Assembly: GCA_030295235.1 (NCBI GenBank)
Contig: AP026149.1
Span: 124,001-188,000, forward strand
Source: Fistulifera solaris
Taxonomy: Eukaryota
Reading direction: 5' to 3'
Length of the DNA: 64,000 nt
In this document: one piece after another, positions 11,650 to 24,600 of the stretch
Position numbering within the stretch: the stretch's first letter is position 1
How the letters are laid out: every line of letters starts with the position of its first letter
The notes under the pieces: generated by a model
Database searches by the model: none
Told to the model about the DNA's origin: nothing
What the model saw: the letters and a program-made list of their open reading frames with translations, nothing else
Translations under genes and position numbers: made by a program

Positions 11650-12086
11650 GGTTCTTGTTTTATCTTACTGTGGTCAATGTCAGATAAGTGCTGAATTGAT
11701 CGCTTTGGTTGTCAATGGCGCTGGTCGATCTTATTGTGCTCGCTTTGCTCGCTGAACTCGTTGCGTTTCGTCCTTGCGTCGGTCGCCAGAGAGATAGGGT
11801 CTCCAGTCTTCAGCTCACGTTTCTTTTTTTTTGTGGCACTCTGTTTTTTCGGGAATAGCCTTATCCTTAAGAGTGTTTTTTGGCTAATAACGATCAGCCG
11901 TCGCTGCCATCAGGAATCGAATCATGAATCATGATACCAGTATACCAGTAGCTAATTTAGACAAGGAATCTACTAAAATAGTTTATACAGCTACGTGCTT
12001 CCATAGTCTACTTTGTTCATAGACCCTACTATAGTTGACATTAAGCGGATGATAAAGTTCATAAAACGTTTTTCGAGGGATAGTCA

Positions 12087-13175
12087 TTACTTCTTGTCGC
12101 GCCGGTTCAGTGCTCGCAGAGCCTGTGCAACTAAGCTAGATCTGCGTTGAGCTGTTTTATCATTAGTCTGAAAGATACTCTTTTGTTCTTCCTCGCTGGC
12201 TAATTTTCGATCATTGTGCTGTACTTTGCTAGGAGCATCGGCGACAAGGGAACGGTTAGAGTTTCGTTCCAAGTCAAGCGTTCTGTTTGGTTTTTGCTGC
12301 TGAACATTGATAGTGCGTTTTGCGGGGATGGATGATTTGACATGGCGAAAGAGAGCCTCAACATTTCCGGAGTTGAAATGGGTACCAACAAAGCGAGATT
12401 TCTGGATGAGAGAATTTCGCCGAATAGGAGCAGTAGTTTCCAACCGTGACCGTGAAGGCAGAACCGCTTGGTCAAGACTTTGCTTACTCTCAATTGGAAA
12501 CAGAGCGTCGGTGCGCGGATCAGATTTCCCAATTGATGACTTTTTTCGTTTTGCTTTTGGTTTTCGATAGTCGTCAGAAGCAGGGTCTTTTTCTGAAGCC
12601 ACCACAGAAGTCTCTGATGGGATGTCCTCTCTTCCAGCTGGGAAAGGAAGGATCTCAAACCGGTCTATTATTTGTTTCTTATAGCGATGTTTACCCGGAA
12701 CTTCATCAAGAGCATGTCTCAAAAATGCATCAAATGGTTCTTGAGGCGACAACTGCAAGGCAGCGAGCGAAATGAGGTTTGAAATATCCCGAAAAACGAG
12801 GTCATTGTCTTCAAGTTTCTTTCTCTTTTTGTTTTTCCCGAATTTCTTTTTATAAAGCTTGGTAAAGACCCCTTCGTAATCAACCCATAAACGAAGTCGA
12901 AGTAACGCCTGCGCCTTCAGCTCACGTTTCCGGGAGTCGCTCGCCGTTGTTTTTATCGACGTGAAGTCTCCTCCAATGTCTCGAGGCAACTCATTCAGTA
13001 ATTGTATGAGCTTTCGCAAATCTCCCCTAGAACCGTTGCTACATTTGAGAATAATTTCTAGGGGAGGCTCTCCGGTTTGAACATGAGCTCTCAGTTTCTC
13101 TGTCAAGCTCTCATTAAGTGAGCTGGATTCCTCCTCGTGCTCATTGGCTACCGTGCAGTCCGTTCTTTCCGTCAT
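12087..13175 (-). CDS. Hypothetical protein (basic, NLS-like segments)
   Basis: Long ORF 12087-13424; ATG at 13175 (MTERT) is the plausible start; no recognised domain. Confidence 0.65.
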   Translation of the reverse strand: MTERTDCTVANEHEEESSSLNESLTEKLRAHVQTGEPPLEIILKCSNGSRGDLRKLIQLLNELPRDIGGDFTSIKTTASDSRKRELKAQALLRLRLWVDYEGVFTKLYKKKFGKNKKRKKLEDNDLVFRDISNLISLAALQLSPQEPFDAFLRHALDEVPGKHRYKKQIIDRFEILPFPAGREDIPSETSVVASEKDPASDDYRKPKAKRKKSSIGKSDPRTDALFPIESKQSLDQAVLPSRSRLETTAPIRRNSLIQKSRFVGTHFNSGNVEALFRHVKSSIPAKRTINVQQQKPNRTLDLERNSNRSLVADAPSKVQHNDRKLASEEEQKSIFQTNDKTAQRRSSLVAQALRALNRRDKK

Positions 13176-13560
13176 CTTCGGTGGAGCAAATAGCAATAGG
13201 CAAAGTAAATGATTGTGGGATATCGTATGCCAAAGCACATCGTTTGTGGTTCGCGAATGAAGACGAGTGATAATTGAAGACGAAACTATCCCCTCTGACT
13301 TTTTGAAAGGGGGAGAACTGCGAGGCTGGCGCACAATAAAAGCGCCAAAACAATGACATCGCGCAGGGCGCAAGGTGGTGTCGGTACCGGTAAGATAGTT
13401 TATGATTTTTTTGATTGTTGACAACTTGACGTCACATCACACAAATGGGGCCTATGCCTGTTGTATCTTTCGAGCTTCGATCAATTTCAACAACCAACAT
13501 GCGCAACAAAGCAAAGCGTTGAATGATCTTTCCCAGCTACCAGGTACTTTAGCAGCAAAA

Positions 13561-14127
13561 ATGAGACTTTTATTCCTTTTTATAGCATTTGTGGGTGCAG
13601 ATGCTTTCGTTGTGGCCGACAATATCCGACCAGTGACCATCGCTCTGCAGGCGCAAAGTGGCAGCGGCGTAGCAAGGATGTTTGGGTTGGTGGCAGCAGT
13701 GTCGGTGTTCTCTTTAAGTAGTCCTCCTTCTCTTGCTCTAGACTTTCAAGGGCCTATCGGTAAGGCTATCGATCGACTCAGTAGTCACCTGGCTTTCCGC
13801 GTCCCAGTCTCTCATCGATTTCTCGCTTCAGCACCGTTTGCGTCATCAACAGTACATATTGCAGAAGCTATCAAAGTACTCGACATGGGTCTTCCAACTT
13901 ACGGCGATATCAAAGACAGTAAAGCAAGTGTCACAAATGTAAAATCGCTGTCGACGGAGGCCACTGGCATGATGTCCCGATCGAAGAAATCCTCCGGCGG
14001 ATCCGATGCAGCTGAAACTCCGGAAAAGAAGTCCGTAGCTCAAAAACAATCTTATACTCCAGCAAAGCCAACTTACGTTCCTGCCAAACAAGAAAAGGCG
14101 ACTCCGATGCCATCATATGATTTTTGA
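13561..14127 (+). CDS. Small plastid-targeted protein (bipartite presequence, possibly thylakoid lumen); probable in-frame intron 13760-13831
   Basis: MRLLFLFIAFVGADA-F signal/AF motif; second hydrophobic stretch ending SLA-LD; GTAAGG..TTCAG intron. Confidence 0.65.
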   Translation: MRLLFLFIAFVGADAFVVADNIRPVTIALQAQSGSGVARMFGLVAAVSVFSLSSPPSLALDFQGPIGKAIDRLSSHLAFRVPVSHRFLASAPFASSTVHIAEAIKVLDMGLPTYGDIKDSKASVTNVKSLSTEATGMMSRSKKSSGGSDAAETPEKKSVAQKQSYTPAKPTYVPAKQEKATPMPSYDF

Positions 14128-14504
14128 ATCATGTGGAATGACTGTAGCGTGCATTAACTTTGCTCAAAATTAGTTCCCGACAAATGGGTAGATCCTCTAT
14201 TGTTAGCCCTTTATCTTTAACAAAAGCTCCTCGTCGTTTCTTTACAGTAAATTGAACACATGCAGTCTGAAGTTTGAACCCACTCATAAAATGCACCAAA
14301 CCTTTGCTCCCGATCCTTGTGTGGGACTAGGGCGACGACAAAACCTTGTTCTTAATGGCGGAGCAAATTTGTACGGAGTGATTGGTAGTAGCTTTTAGAG
14401 AAAATGTTGGCAGCCCGCAAAGCATTTACTCGGAGTAGTTTTTTTTTAGTTATTATAACATGCAAAATAAGACCCTGTAAGAGCTTTCCTGCCTGTAACT
14501 AGAA

Positions 14505-15721
14505 ATGGAGGAAGATTTGGAAGAATCGAAATCGTTGAAACACATCCTGGGCGATGTGTCGGTGGAATCTTTCTTCGAGGATATTTGGCAAAGGCAACTG
14601 CAGTTTTCCGTCCTGAAAACGACAATCCAAATACACCTTATCATCACGCTATTGAAAATGGATGGAATATCATGACAGAACTTTTAGAGCACGGCGGCGA
14701 CAAAGTTTTAGTCTTCGAAAATCAGGGTGTATTACATAATAGAGACGAGTCCGAACCTTTGGCAGCCTCTTTTCTGAAAGGGAATTCACTGGTTTGGAAT
14801 CATGCGGATGTATTGACGTCACCACTGGCTCATCTGTGCGATGACTTGCAAAAGTCATTTCCACATGCCTATGCGAATGTTTATTTAACCCCTCCACAAA
14901 GTCAAACGGCACCACCGCACGCCGATGATCGCGATGTGCTCGTTATTCAATTATATGGTGAGAAAGATTGGACCGTGTATCGAAACATACCGATTGCGTA
15001 CCCATATCCCCATGAGCAAGTCGGTAAAGACGAGAGTTTGCCCGTCCCAAAGCAGAGTGTTGGATGGGCCTTCTTACAACATTACGTTACAGAAAGGCCA
15101 CGTTCTCTATATGCCTCGTGGTTACGTGCACGAAGCGCATTCGGCTCAGTACACCAGCAGCTTACACGCAACCGTAGCGTTTGCGACGCAAGATTGGACT
15201 TGGGCTGGCTTTTGCAGCGGCAAGCAGAAAAGGTGTTTTTCCAAACGAACCCAGAGTACCGCATGGCTGTTCCGCGGACGATTGGAATGCGAGGCCGAAT
15301 AAACAATAAGGATGGGTTCGAGAATTTTATGAGGCAAGCTATAACAGCGCTTCATAATGAAATAACGTTTGACAAGTTGGAGGAGACAATGGTAAAAAAG
15401 TACGCTTTCCACAATGATAGAGCCATGAAACTGAGAAATGCCGTTGCCGTCGACTCCTCATCAGGTAAAGGACCTCTTTCCGTCGGATGGAAAGTCCCAT
15501 TAAGAGTCTCAACTCCGCAGAAATCAAAGGGCGTGGGATTGAATATACGGGAAGACCATTTGTTTTTGGCGGAGCTGTTGCAAACCTTACGAGCCCAGTC
15601 GGAAAAATGCTATGCTCCGTGTGACTATCCGACTCTCATACATCCAAATGTGTGCTGCGATTTTGTCCTCCTGTGTTTCGCCATGCAATGCGTCATCTTG
15701 GGAGCTTTAGCAGTAGCTTGA
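14505..15721 (+). CDS. JmjC/Cupin_4 2-oxoglutarate oxygenase (RIOX/NO66-like), with several apparent frameshifts
   Basis: SFFEDIWQ; ANVYLTPPQSQTAPPHADDRDVLVIQLYGEKDW (HxD); in another frame LQKGHVLYMPRGYVHEA..SLHAT. Confidence 0.8.
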
Positions 15722-16163
15722 AGCGCTAGCGACAAACGTTGATGAGTTTTGGCAAGTTCTCTCGTCTTAATACTTTGTGGCAACTCTTCTGAATTTATAA
15801 TGTCCTCAAGTTCTCAATTATTTGGTATCATCGTCCTCCTTAGCTTTCGGTTCCCAGAGTGCCTACTAAACTGCGTCCTGCTCATCTTTTGACCTTAGCT
15901 TTCAACGTACAAAAATTATTTACCATTATTTCAATGCATTCCTTGCGACTTGCGAGTCGAGTGGATGATTCGTTTATAATCTTAACTCTAATTTTGTTAC
16001 TTCAGGAAGAGGCAGCATTTTTTCGCTCTCTGTCATTGATTGGCAAAGAGCGATTGCAAAGTGAAAACACGTAAATGCACCACAACGAAGAAGCTGAACT
16101 ATCACTTTGACGATATCTTGCAAAGAATCTTGTGCTTCCAGTTTAGTTGATTTCCTTGTGAAA

Positions 16164-17260
16164 ATGACAATATCTGCCCCATCGTCGAGCGGGTCCGAGT
16201 TACAGAGACGTGTCACGGCGGCGAAAATGGTTACAACAGATGTCACGCGGCGCATGATTTGTGGGGGTGTTGCCGGTATGATAGCCAAGGTACGCTAATT
16301 GATATACAGGACGGTCTCGTTATCCTTTCGTGGCTCAAAGCTATCTTTACAGACAGTAACAAATCCTTTGGAACGGATCAAAATGTTGTCACAAACTGGA
16401 GAAGGAACCAAAAAGGCCAGCGGGAGACCGTCCATCTTGGGTTTATATCGTGATATATTGCAGAAAGAGGGCGTATTGGGTTTATGGGCCGGAAATGGGG
16501 CCAATCTGTAAGTCATCGACGAGCATGGGTAGCAGCAATAGCTTTTCTCTCGCTCATTTCGCTCCATCGAATCATTCCATTTTTAGGTTACGTGTCTTTC
16601 CTGCCAAGTCGGTGGTGTTTTCATGCAATGACTATTATCGAGCTTTGTTTTCGCGCATCTTACAGAGTGAACAACTTCCGGCCCCTGTCAGCTTTCTGGC
16701 AGGAGGATTGAGTGGAATGACGGCGACTGCTGTGACATATCCCTTGGATTTAGCGCGAGGACGCATTTCGGGAAAACTGGCGGTCGCCAAGGGGGAGAAA
16801 AGTCTATCGCGGTATTGTTCAGACAATTCTATTGACGGTCCGGGAAGAAGGTGTAGCTGCGTTGTTTAAGGGTATAACACCTACGATTCTGGGTGCATTG
16901 CCTTATGAAGGTATCAAATTTGGAATCGTTGGCGCCATGGAGCGTCTCTTTCCGGAGGAAAATTCCTCTGTAAGTACTCCGGTTCGTAAAATGATTTTTG
17001 GTGGGATGGGAGGTGTTATGGCTGGGTTGATTACGTATCCGAATGACACAGTACGACGCCTCTTGCAGCTGCAAGGTAGCCGTGGCAATAGCTCAGCGTA
17101 TGCTGGCTACTGGGATTGTGTGAGACAAACGTATAGGACTCATGGCATCTCTCGTTTCTACCATGGCTTGACGATAAACACAATTCGCATGGCTCCCAAC
17201 ACTGCTCTGCAGTTCTATTTTTATTCCCTACTCAAGCAGTGGTCGGATGGTCTCGTATAG
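16164..17260 (+). CDS. Mitochondrial carrier family (SLC25) protein; introns 16290-16352 and 16508-16586, frameshift at 16798-16801
   Basis: Three carrier repeats with signature motifs PLERIK, YPLDLAR and YPNDTVRR, plus GGVAG/AGGLSG/GGMGG. Confidence 0.92.
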
Positions 17261-17472
17261 GGTATGGCTTTCGGCCGATGTTTGGACTCTCCAGCATTCT
17301 TAATCCGTGATAGATAAACATACTTATGGGCTCGTCAATTCGCTGCTGCGAGTGCCACAACGAAGTGTGATCTAAATCTCTGCTGCTAACCTTTCTTGGC
17401 TCCCGAGATCAATAACATGAAAACAAACCACTATTCATATCAGTTATATAACAGCAGGACCAATTAATTGAC

Positions 17473-18159
17473 TCATACAGCTGAGTCTTCCAAAACACTG
17501 CTTTCTCCCGTACGAGTACCTCCATCTCGGGCAAGAAGACTTCCGGCGCCGTTGTCGTCAGAACTGCCCAAGGCCAAGTTCTCCATGTTCGTCAAAATTA
17601 CCGTTGCGATTCCCCGTTCTTCCGAATCTTCCTCGTCAATATCGTCCAGCATCTCTGTCTCTTCCTCATCCTCCACGAGAGGATCTAGTAACGCCTCTGT
17701 GCCAGTTCCGCCGGATGCTCGGGAAACATTGGAGGAGTACACCAAATCGCTAAACGCGTGACAATCTTCCAAAGTGTCTTCTGATAACCGTTCGTTGACC
17801 GAGGGCAAGTTACTAAACTCTCTACTGTTGTGCATTTTGGCCTTTGACTCTGCGAAATCGAGTTCCACGAGGCCTTGTCGATCGTAGAGAATATCCCGAT
17901 CAACGAGATCGTCAAGTGAGCTTATCGAAGAGTTTCCGTCTGTCGATGTTGTTGTTGAAATGGTCTTCTTGCTGTGATGTGGACTCCGGGAGCGTCCTCG
18001 CTGGTCGGGGATACGCTTCTTAAGAATACTATTCACCTTTTCTGTTGGATGTAAGCTAGGATTCAAGCGAGGAGGCCCACGCGTGGCGTTCATTCTACCC
18101 GGAGGTAAATCATCAATGTCTTGGGCTACTGTTGAATGATCATTATTATCAGTCGACAT
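17473..18159 (-). CDS. Hypothetical low-complexity acidic protein
   Basis: 228-aa ATG-initiated ORF in its own intergenic space; no recognised domain. Confidence 0.6.
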   Translation of the reverse strand: MSTDNNDHSTVAQDIDDLPPGRMNATRGPPRLNPSLHPTEKVNSILKKRIPDQRGRSRSPHHSKKTISTTTSTDGNSSISSLDDLVDRDILYDRQGLVELDFAESKAKMHNSREFSNLPSVNERLSEDTLEDCHAFSDLVYSSNVSRASGGTGTEALLDPLVEDEEETEMLDDIDEEDSEERGIATVILTNMENLALGSSDDNGAGSLLARDGGTRTGESSVLEDSAV

Positions 18160-18689
18160 TCTTTCGGCCTAACTTTGATATCTTTTATCGAATGGAGAAG
18201 CTCGTGTTTTAGTGATTTGATGACTTGGTAGCGAAAGATAATTACCCCAACGCACTGCTATGATGTTTTATGATGTCAACGAAAACAAACAAGCAACAAA
18301 CGGCTGCTGCCTGCGTAACTTGTACCGGTACTGTACAAGATCTGCCTGCTGCCTTCTGCAGCAGCGTTACTCGTACACTATTATTCGATACTGAAGTGTA
18401 TAGTACTGTGCCGTGCAGACTAAGATCCTAGAAAAGTCAGCCTTTGCCACACCGTAATCAGGGATGGTTTTGTCCTATCGAAACTGAACTACTTTGTGCG
18501 ACTTCGGTGCTGATGACCTTTCCCGATGATGATTCCCGATGACTGGCGATTAAAATCTAGAGACAACTCATCTCTAAAAAAGACTACTAAAAAACCAAGA
18601 TTTCGTCTTGTACACGGTCACTGATTCACATTAGGGTAAGCTGAAGATAATACATTTGCTTAAGTGGCTTGTAATCATAGATAGAAAAC

Positions 18690-21600
18690 TCAAAATTGTT
18701 GTGATCCGCTGTTCTTGCCAAAATGATCGTTGTCCACAATCGTTATCATCCCATCGTCACTCCCAATGAAAAGAAATTGTTCGGCGGGATTTAGATCCTC
18801 GGGAGTTAGTCCAATACAGCGTATGGGACCATGCTTCGCCAAATCAAGTACAGCACAGACACGTAAGTCCGGAACCGTCCACACTTTGACCTGACATGCC
18901 TCTCCTCCAGTAATTAGAAACTGGTCATTACCGCACAACCTCATATCATGCAACTTTTCTCCGGTTCTCCGACTTGATAATTGGACAGCGTTGAGAGTAA
19001 ATGTGTGAAGGCTATGGTCCTCGCAGTGTACAACAAGCAGTCCAGAGCTTCCTAATGCGATGCTCCCTACTGCTATTGTACCGTTAGCTGATTTTGTTAG
19101 CACTGCGGGCGTGAACGATCGAATAAACTCTCCGCGGTGAACGGAATGAATGCAGATTCGTCCTGTCTGACTTCCAGACACGACAACGTCGAGGTCCAAG
19201 TTCAAGGCCAGTGAAGTAATCGGGCTATCATGTCCCCATAGAACGTGACAACATCGGAGCAAATGTTCGCCGTCAGACGGAGAGCCGAGTGCTGTTTGAA
19301 CATACGCGTCGCAGAGTGCGTTAGCCAAGTCAGGATCATCCAAGACCCAGATACGGACGGTCGCGTCTTCTCCTCCACTTGCGACTATCCCACCGCCGTC
19401 TCCTGTCGTAACTACTCGTATAGGACCATTATGTCCTCCTGCTTCACTGGCAACAACACGGCAACCGTCAGCGGAATGGATCTTTATGGTTTCGTCCCAG
19501 TACGTGGAACTAGCCATGAAAAAGCGGCCTTCGAGAGACGCGACATTGTTGGTTCCGTGAGACATCAATATATTGGATGGGATCACAGAGTTTTTTCTCA
19601 AGTCTTCCTTTGACACTCCTGTCATGGCTAGGGCGAAGGATGATGGACCAACTGCGTACCGACTGTCGTCCATGGCTGTTGAAGCAATTTCCGATCCTTT
19701 TTCAGAGACAGTCTAGATGTACTAAGTTCGCGTGCCGGTAACGGTCGAAGTCGATCCATGCGAAGACGATTGTCTTTGCTTTTTGAGTTAAAGCGATATG
19801 AGCCAATGCTCATGTCTGCGTAGATGCCATATACAGCATCCGCAAGCACTAGCAGCTTTACCACAGCACCTTTCGCGTACTCACTGCGCATATTGGAGAA
19901 TTGTTTCGATGGCGTGTAACACTTTAATCTGCCGGCGATTGTTGTATCTGAAATAAGAGGTTTCCAGCATTCCTCTGACAGGCCTCTGGTGGGGTGGGGA
20001 TCGAGTGCGATAAGCTGGCATGGTGTTTGCCCAAAATTCTGGATATGGCTTTCTGCGGCCTCACGATCAACCTGACTGGTGATTTTATCCAGGTCGACAC
20101 TTCCCTCGTACGAGAGATGATGGAAGATGTTGTGGGCTGCTTCTGCTTCTGGTCCTCGTTGCTTAAAGCCAAACACAAGATCGATCCAGTGTGAGAGGTT
20201 CTGCGAAACAAACTCAGATTCTAGAGCTAGTCGGTTGATTCGCACGAATTCATAGGCGGAGCCCTTCGCCCAGGGAGGAAGCCCAACATCATGTACAAGA
20301 TGCCCTGATTGAGTGCGCCCTAAGGGAAAGCCATTCGTGTTCAGGAACATTTCAGGGAGATAAAAGAACTCAGGCACCAGTTCCTTCATGTCTGACGATG
20401 AAGTCATGCAGCTTCTCCAGCTCGAGGCCACATCCAAGAATAAACGGTCGGCGCAGTCAAAGCGTCCCGACTGTAATTGAATGTGCATTGTCGTGAAAGG
20501 TTCTTGCCGCATCAGAAAATGCAATACGATGCCGGGCGAAGAATAATGTGAACCGTAGAGAAATTTTTCCGCCTCGGTAAACCCGAACGCTTCTAGCTCA
20601 TTATACCTTTCGAGAAGCTGAGTCAGCCTATCTTGGTTAAGTGCTCCGATAGGCTTTGTTAGATCTCGATAAACGCGAAAATCGTCAAGATCGATACTTT
20701 CACTTTTATAATCGGCAAGGACCCATGGAAACACGGGGTAATTGGCCAAATCATTGAAGCTCCGCCCCGCCATCCGGTTAATAGCAATAAGGTATTCAAA
20801 AGTCGATATTTTTCGCTTCTTCCATAAATCCGTCATTTTGGACTTACGAAAAACTGATCTAGGATTTAAGGTCTTCGGCGACCACAGCATTGGCAGCTGC
20901 AAGTCGCTTGTGAAATTGACGATAGGGACAATGTGGGCACACATGAAACAGACGTACCTTGCAGTAGCTTCTAAGCTTGGTGTGAAACCTGTCTCTTTCG
21001 CGTGGACCTGACGGGAAATTGAGGAGAAGATCCGTCATGTCGGCAAAGAAGAGCTCTACTGCTTGATGCCTTAGTAAGTATCGCCGACCGTGAATCTCAG
21101 TTAGTTGTGTGAGCTTCCATCTTTTCCCTTTACCACTGTCTGCATCCAAACGCTCAACGCTTTCTTTTGTCATAATATTTATTTCCGCGGACGAGGGAAG
21201 AAAGTAAAGACTGTCAGTGGTCATGAGAAGCGTCCCCTCTACGTACGACTGTAAAGATATAATCATTACAGGGTTAAACCTGCCCACGACACTTTCACCG
21301 TGCGACCAAATGTAATTTTTTGCCCAACCATCGATGTCGCCGTCCTCGTCGCCGTCTACCTCTTCTGAAGATATCTTATCCCAACTAGCGTCTATTTCTG
21401 TATCCTGTATCGTCTTTGATTCAATTGCCTTTAATTCTTCAATTTCGTCAAGTGCTTCTGACGTCTCCGACATAGACTCGAGAACAGTGGACTCTCCGTC
21501 AGAAGCCAAAAGGCAATCATCATCAAGTAGTTCTTCGTCTATGAGTCCCTCGCTGACGTTAAAGGCATCCGCGTTTCTGCGCATGACTTCCGTTAAATTC

Positions 21601-24600
21601 CGCTCGCTGGTTTTGCCATCTCCGAATATGGCTTTATCCTCGTCTTCTGTTGCGTATCTTGCATCAAGATGACTGTCAAAGTCTGTATTCTCCATTAGGA
21701 TTTGTTTTCTGCCCATCTTATCAGTCCATTTGGGAATCATCCAATGTTTTGGTTCCCGCCATGGGTCAATGACTAGGCGCTCTATCGCTTTCCACCTCTG
21801 CTCAGCTGCACTTCTCCGACGTGCAGTATCTCTGGAAAACATCTATGCAATCTGATTTGTACTTTTCAGAAAGACGTTTGAGAATTATGTCGCCGTCGTA
21901 TTCGATGTCACGAACCGCGTCCGTCTCTGCCCACTTTCGCTGTGATTCAAGGTAACTTGTAAAGCAATCATCCAATGCCTTTTCGAAGTCGATCAAAATA
22001 TCGTGAGATTCCTTTGAGAGCTGTTCTATCGCAAGGAATCCTTGCATCGTTGTGTCATTTTTACTTGCTCCGTCTTGCGCTGCGATCGACACTTGCTCAG
22101 GAATGGCTAAATCGCATCGGTTCTCTACGTCTTGGAATCCTTGAACCCACTTGCTTTTCAAGAAGATCCGAATAGACTGGTCTTTTGTAGCTTTGTCGAT
22201 GCTATCGCTCTCTGTCAAACTACTTAGTAGCGCTTCATAAGCCTCATTCGAGAGAGCCGCCTTAAAAGATCATTTCTTCTTTGAAAGACTTCAGAAACAA
22301 TTTCGTGAAGCTTTTTCGTGGATCTCAGCAAACGTCGGAGATGCTTCTTTTGTGACTCTCTATTCTCAAAATATTTCCGTGAGAAAGAAAACTCGATTTC
22401 AGACAGCAGTGCAACGGATCGTGCAAGAGCACGGTGGCTGTGCAGCAGTGCTGCGAGCAAGAGTCTGTCAATGTGAGCAACGCCGTGCTGGAACGCCGAG
22501 ATCGGTTGACCATGTCCAGCGATTGCTCCATCTCCGACAAGCTCCAAGGCCCAGTCAATGAGCGTATGCAAGCGGCTCACGCACTGGAGAAATTTGACAC
22601 TGCATGGCTCAAGTAAAGCTAGAAGAACAAAAGACAATCTCATTGCAGAGGAAACAAGTGGTCCTTGAGAAGAACCCAGTCTAGCCTCCGAGTTCTTAAC
22701 CAGCGCAAGGTAATTCATTTTCGGAATTGGGGACACACTTTCTAGAGAATCCGGGAAGAGAAAAGCATCGAGTAGCATCAAGATTTGTGCTGATAATGAG
22801 ACGCTTAGGCGTATCCTGACCGCTTTACTCTCTTCAGCACTAGATGTTGGCTCGCTCTCGCTGTAGCGGGCAAAATCCTTGGCGGAAATACCGTGCAGCC
22901 GACCATCGGGCAATCGAAAACCGTGAAGGCCGCCGGTTACCGAGTCTTCTGCTGCAGCACGTTGTATTCGATAGTCAAACATTTCGACTGTTCCAAGACT
23001 TCGAATGATGAGACATCAAAGATTCGACGGAGGCAGCTTGTTTAAGATCTTTCTTACCTGCTTTTTATAGTCATGGCGACAATGACTTCAGCCAGATGAC
23101 GCAAAGAACGCCACGTGCGTACGGCTGTGACCATATCTAGACCTTGTTTATTCCCTTGATTTGTAATTGCGTCAGTAACTAGCTTCGCGCTTTGCTTGAG
23201 AGGAAGACTATCATGGTCAAGATCTATATCCTTCCACGCTTCCGCTGAAAATGAGCCAATTTCAAGAATTGCTCCATAATCAAAGAGATTGGAGCAAAAT
23301 CTGCTAAGAATCATCAGCAAAACTTCCGTGCCATTAACGCATGTTCTTTCAAGTGAGGCAGTCTTCTCCACCGTGTCCACTACCTGTGAAGAGTTTTGAG
23401 TTAGAATATGGTAACCCCACCTGACGATCAATACAGTAGCTGACCTTTTCCGTGCCTACTCGTAGTAGATGGCCAAGAAGAGCGCTGTAAATATCTAGTA
23501 CCACGTCAAGGCGCATTACAAAACGACTGGCCAAATTGCTAGTTTCTTCGTCTTGCACTCTTTTCGATGATGTCCTTCTTACAGATTCCATGGTGTCGGA
23601 GATTAAGTGAAACATGGGTGGCTCCCAGTCAGGGGAGTGAAGCAAGCAACGCAACATTTTTCCGACTAGCGTTGGCAAGAGAAAATAAGTCGCGGATCCA
23701 TTCGTCCTTCTGATCTTCCGTTAAGAATCTCAACAGTCTTAGAATTAGCCCTGTCGCAAGCGGGTTAACAAGTGATTTGTTAATAAGCTCGCCTTTTTCG
23801 GTAAAAAATTTCCGGACCCTATCTAGGCATAAAGAGTACCCAGGTTGCGGGCCACGGATGGGAGCAATCAAGCAGTCTTCATCAAAACTGGGCTCAGTTG
23901 TCGAAGCTGATTGCAGATCGTCATCATCTGTTGACATATGAAGCAGTGCTATGTTGGTGAAATGCGACAATTGGTACCTTCGACTCTTTAATACATGCCA
24001 AACAAACTTGTAGACAACTCGTGGTGAAGCAGGTGTCGACATACGACCTGTAGCTCCCATCGCAGTAAGACTCTGTGCGAGGCGCTCCCTAATCCTATTC
24101 GATGCCCGGATAGCATTGACGGTGACTTCGTTTCCATTTGTTGCTTCGTCTCGTCCTTGTACCATACTTGTGCCTAACGATAATACATCGTCCGGTCCTT
24201 TCGAGGTCACCTTGATATAAGCGTCTAAGGTGCGTATGCCCAAGGCTCTGATTTCTTCGTCATCGACATTGATGAGCGAGCAGACAATCCAGGCAGCGCC
24301 ATTGTGGACACTGCCGCAACACTGCGCGAACGATTCAAACAAACCGGAAACAATGGGTCTTTGTTTGAACAGGAATAGCAAAACAACACACGCACCAACA
24401 GCGCTGTCTTTTTTTTGAGCGGAAAAAGGAAGCTTTTCCATTTTCGCGTTGTGCAACAATGCTTGCGATGAAGTTTAAAAGGGGAGAAAGGTCCTTGACT
24501 GTAACACTAACGGATAAAATGGAAAAAATTATTCCCAGAATGATTGTGCTTACGATATGGTCGATTTTCTCAATGGTGCTCTCGTGAGGCGCTGTAGCAG

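Noticed and set aside
18500..18630. Box C/D snoRNA (ATGATGA at 18526, CTGA at 18621)
   Set aside because: No terminal stem or recognisable rRNA-complementary guide; the ATGATGA is part of a short local TCCCGATGA repeat.
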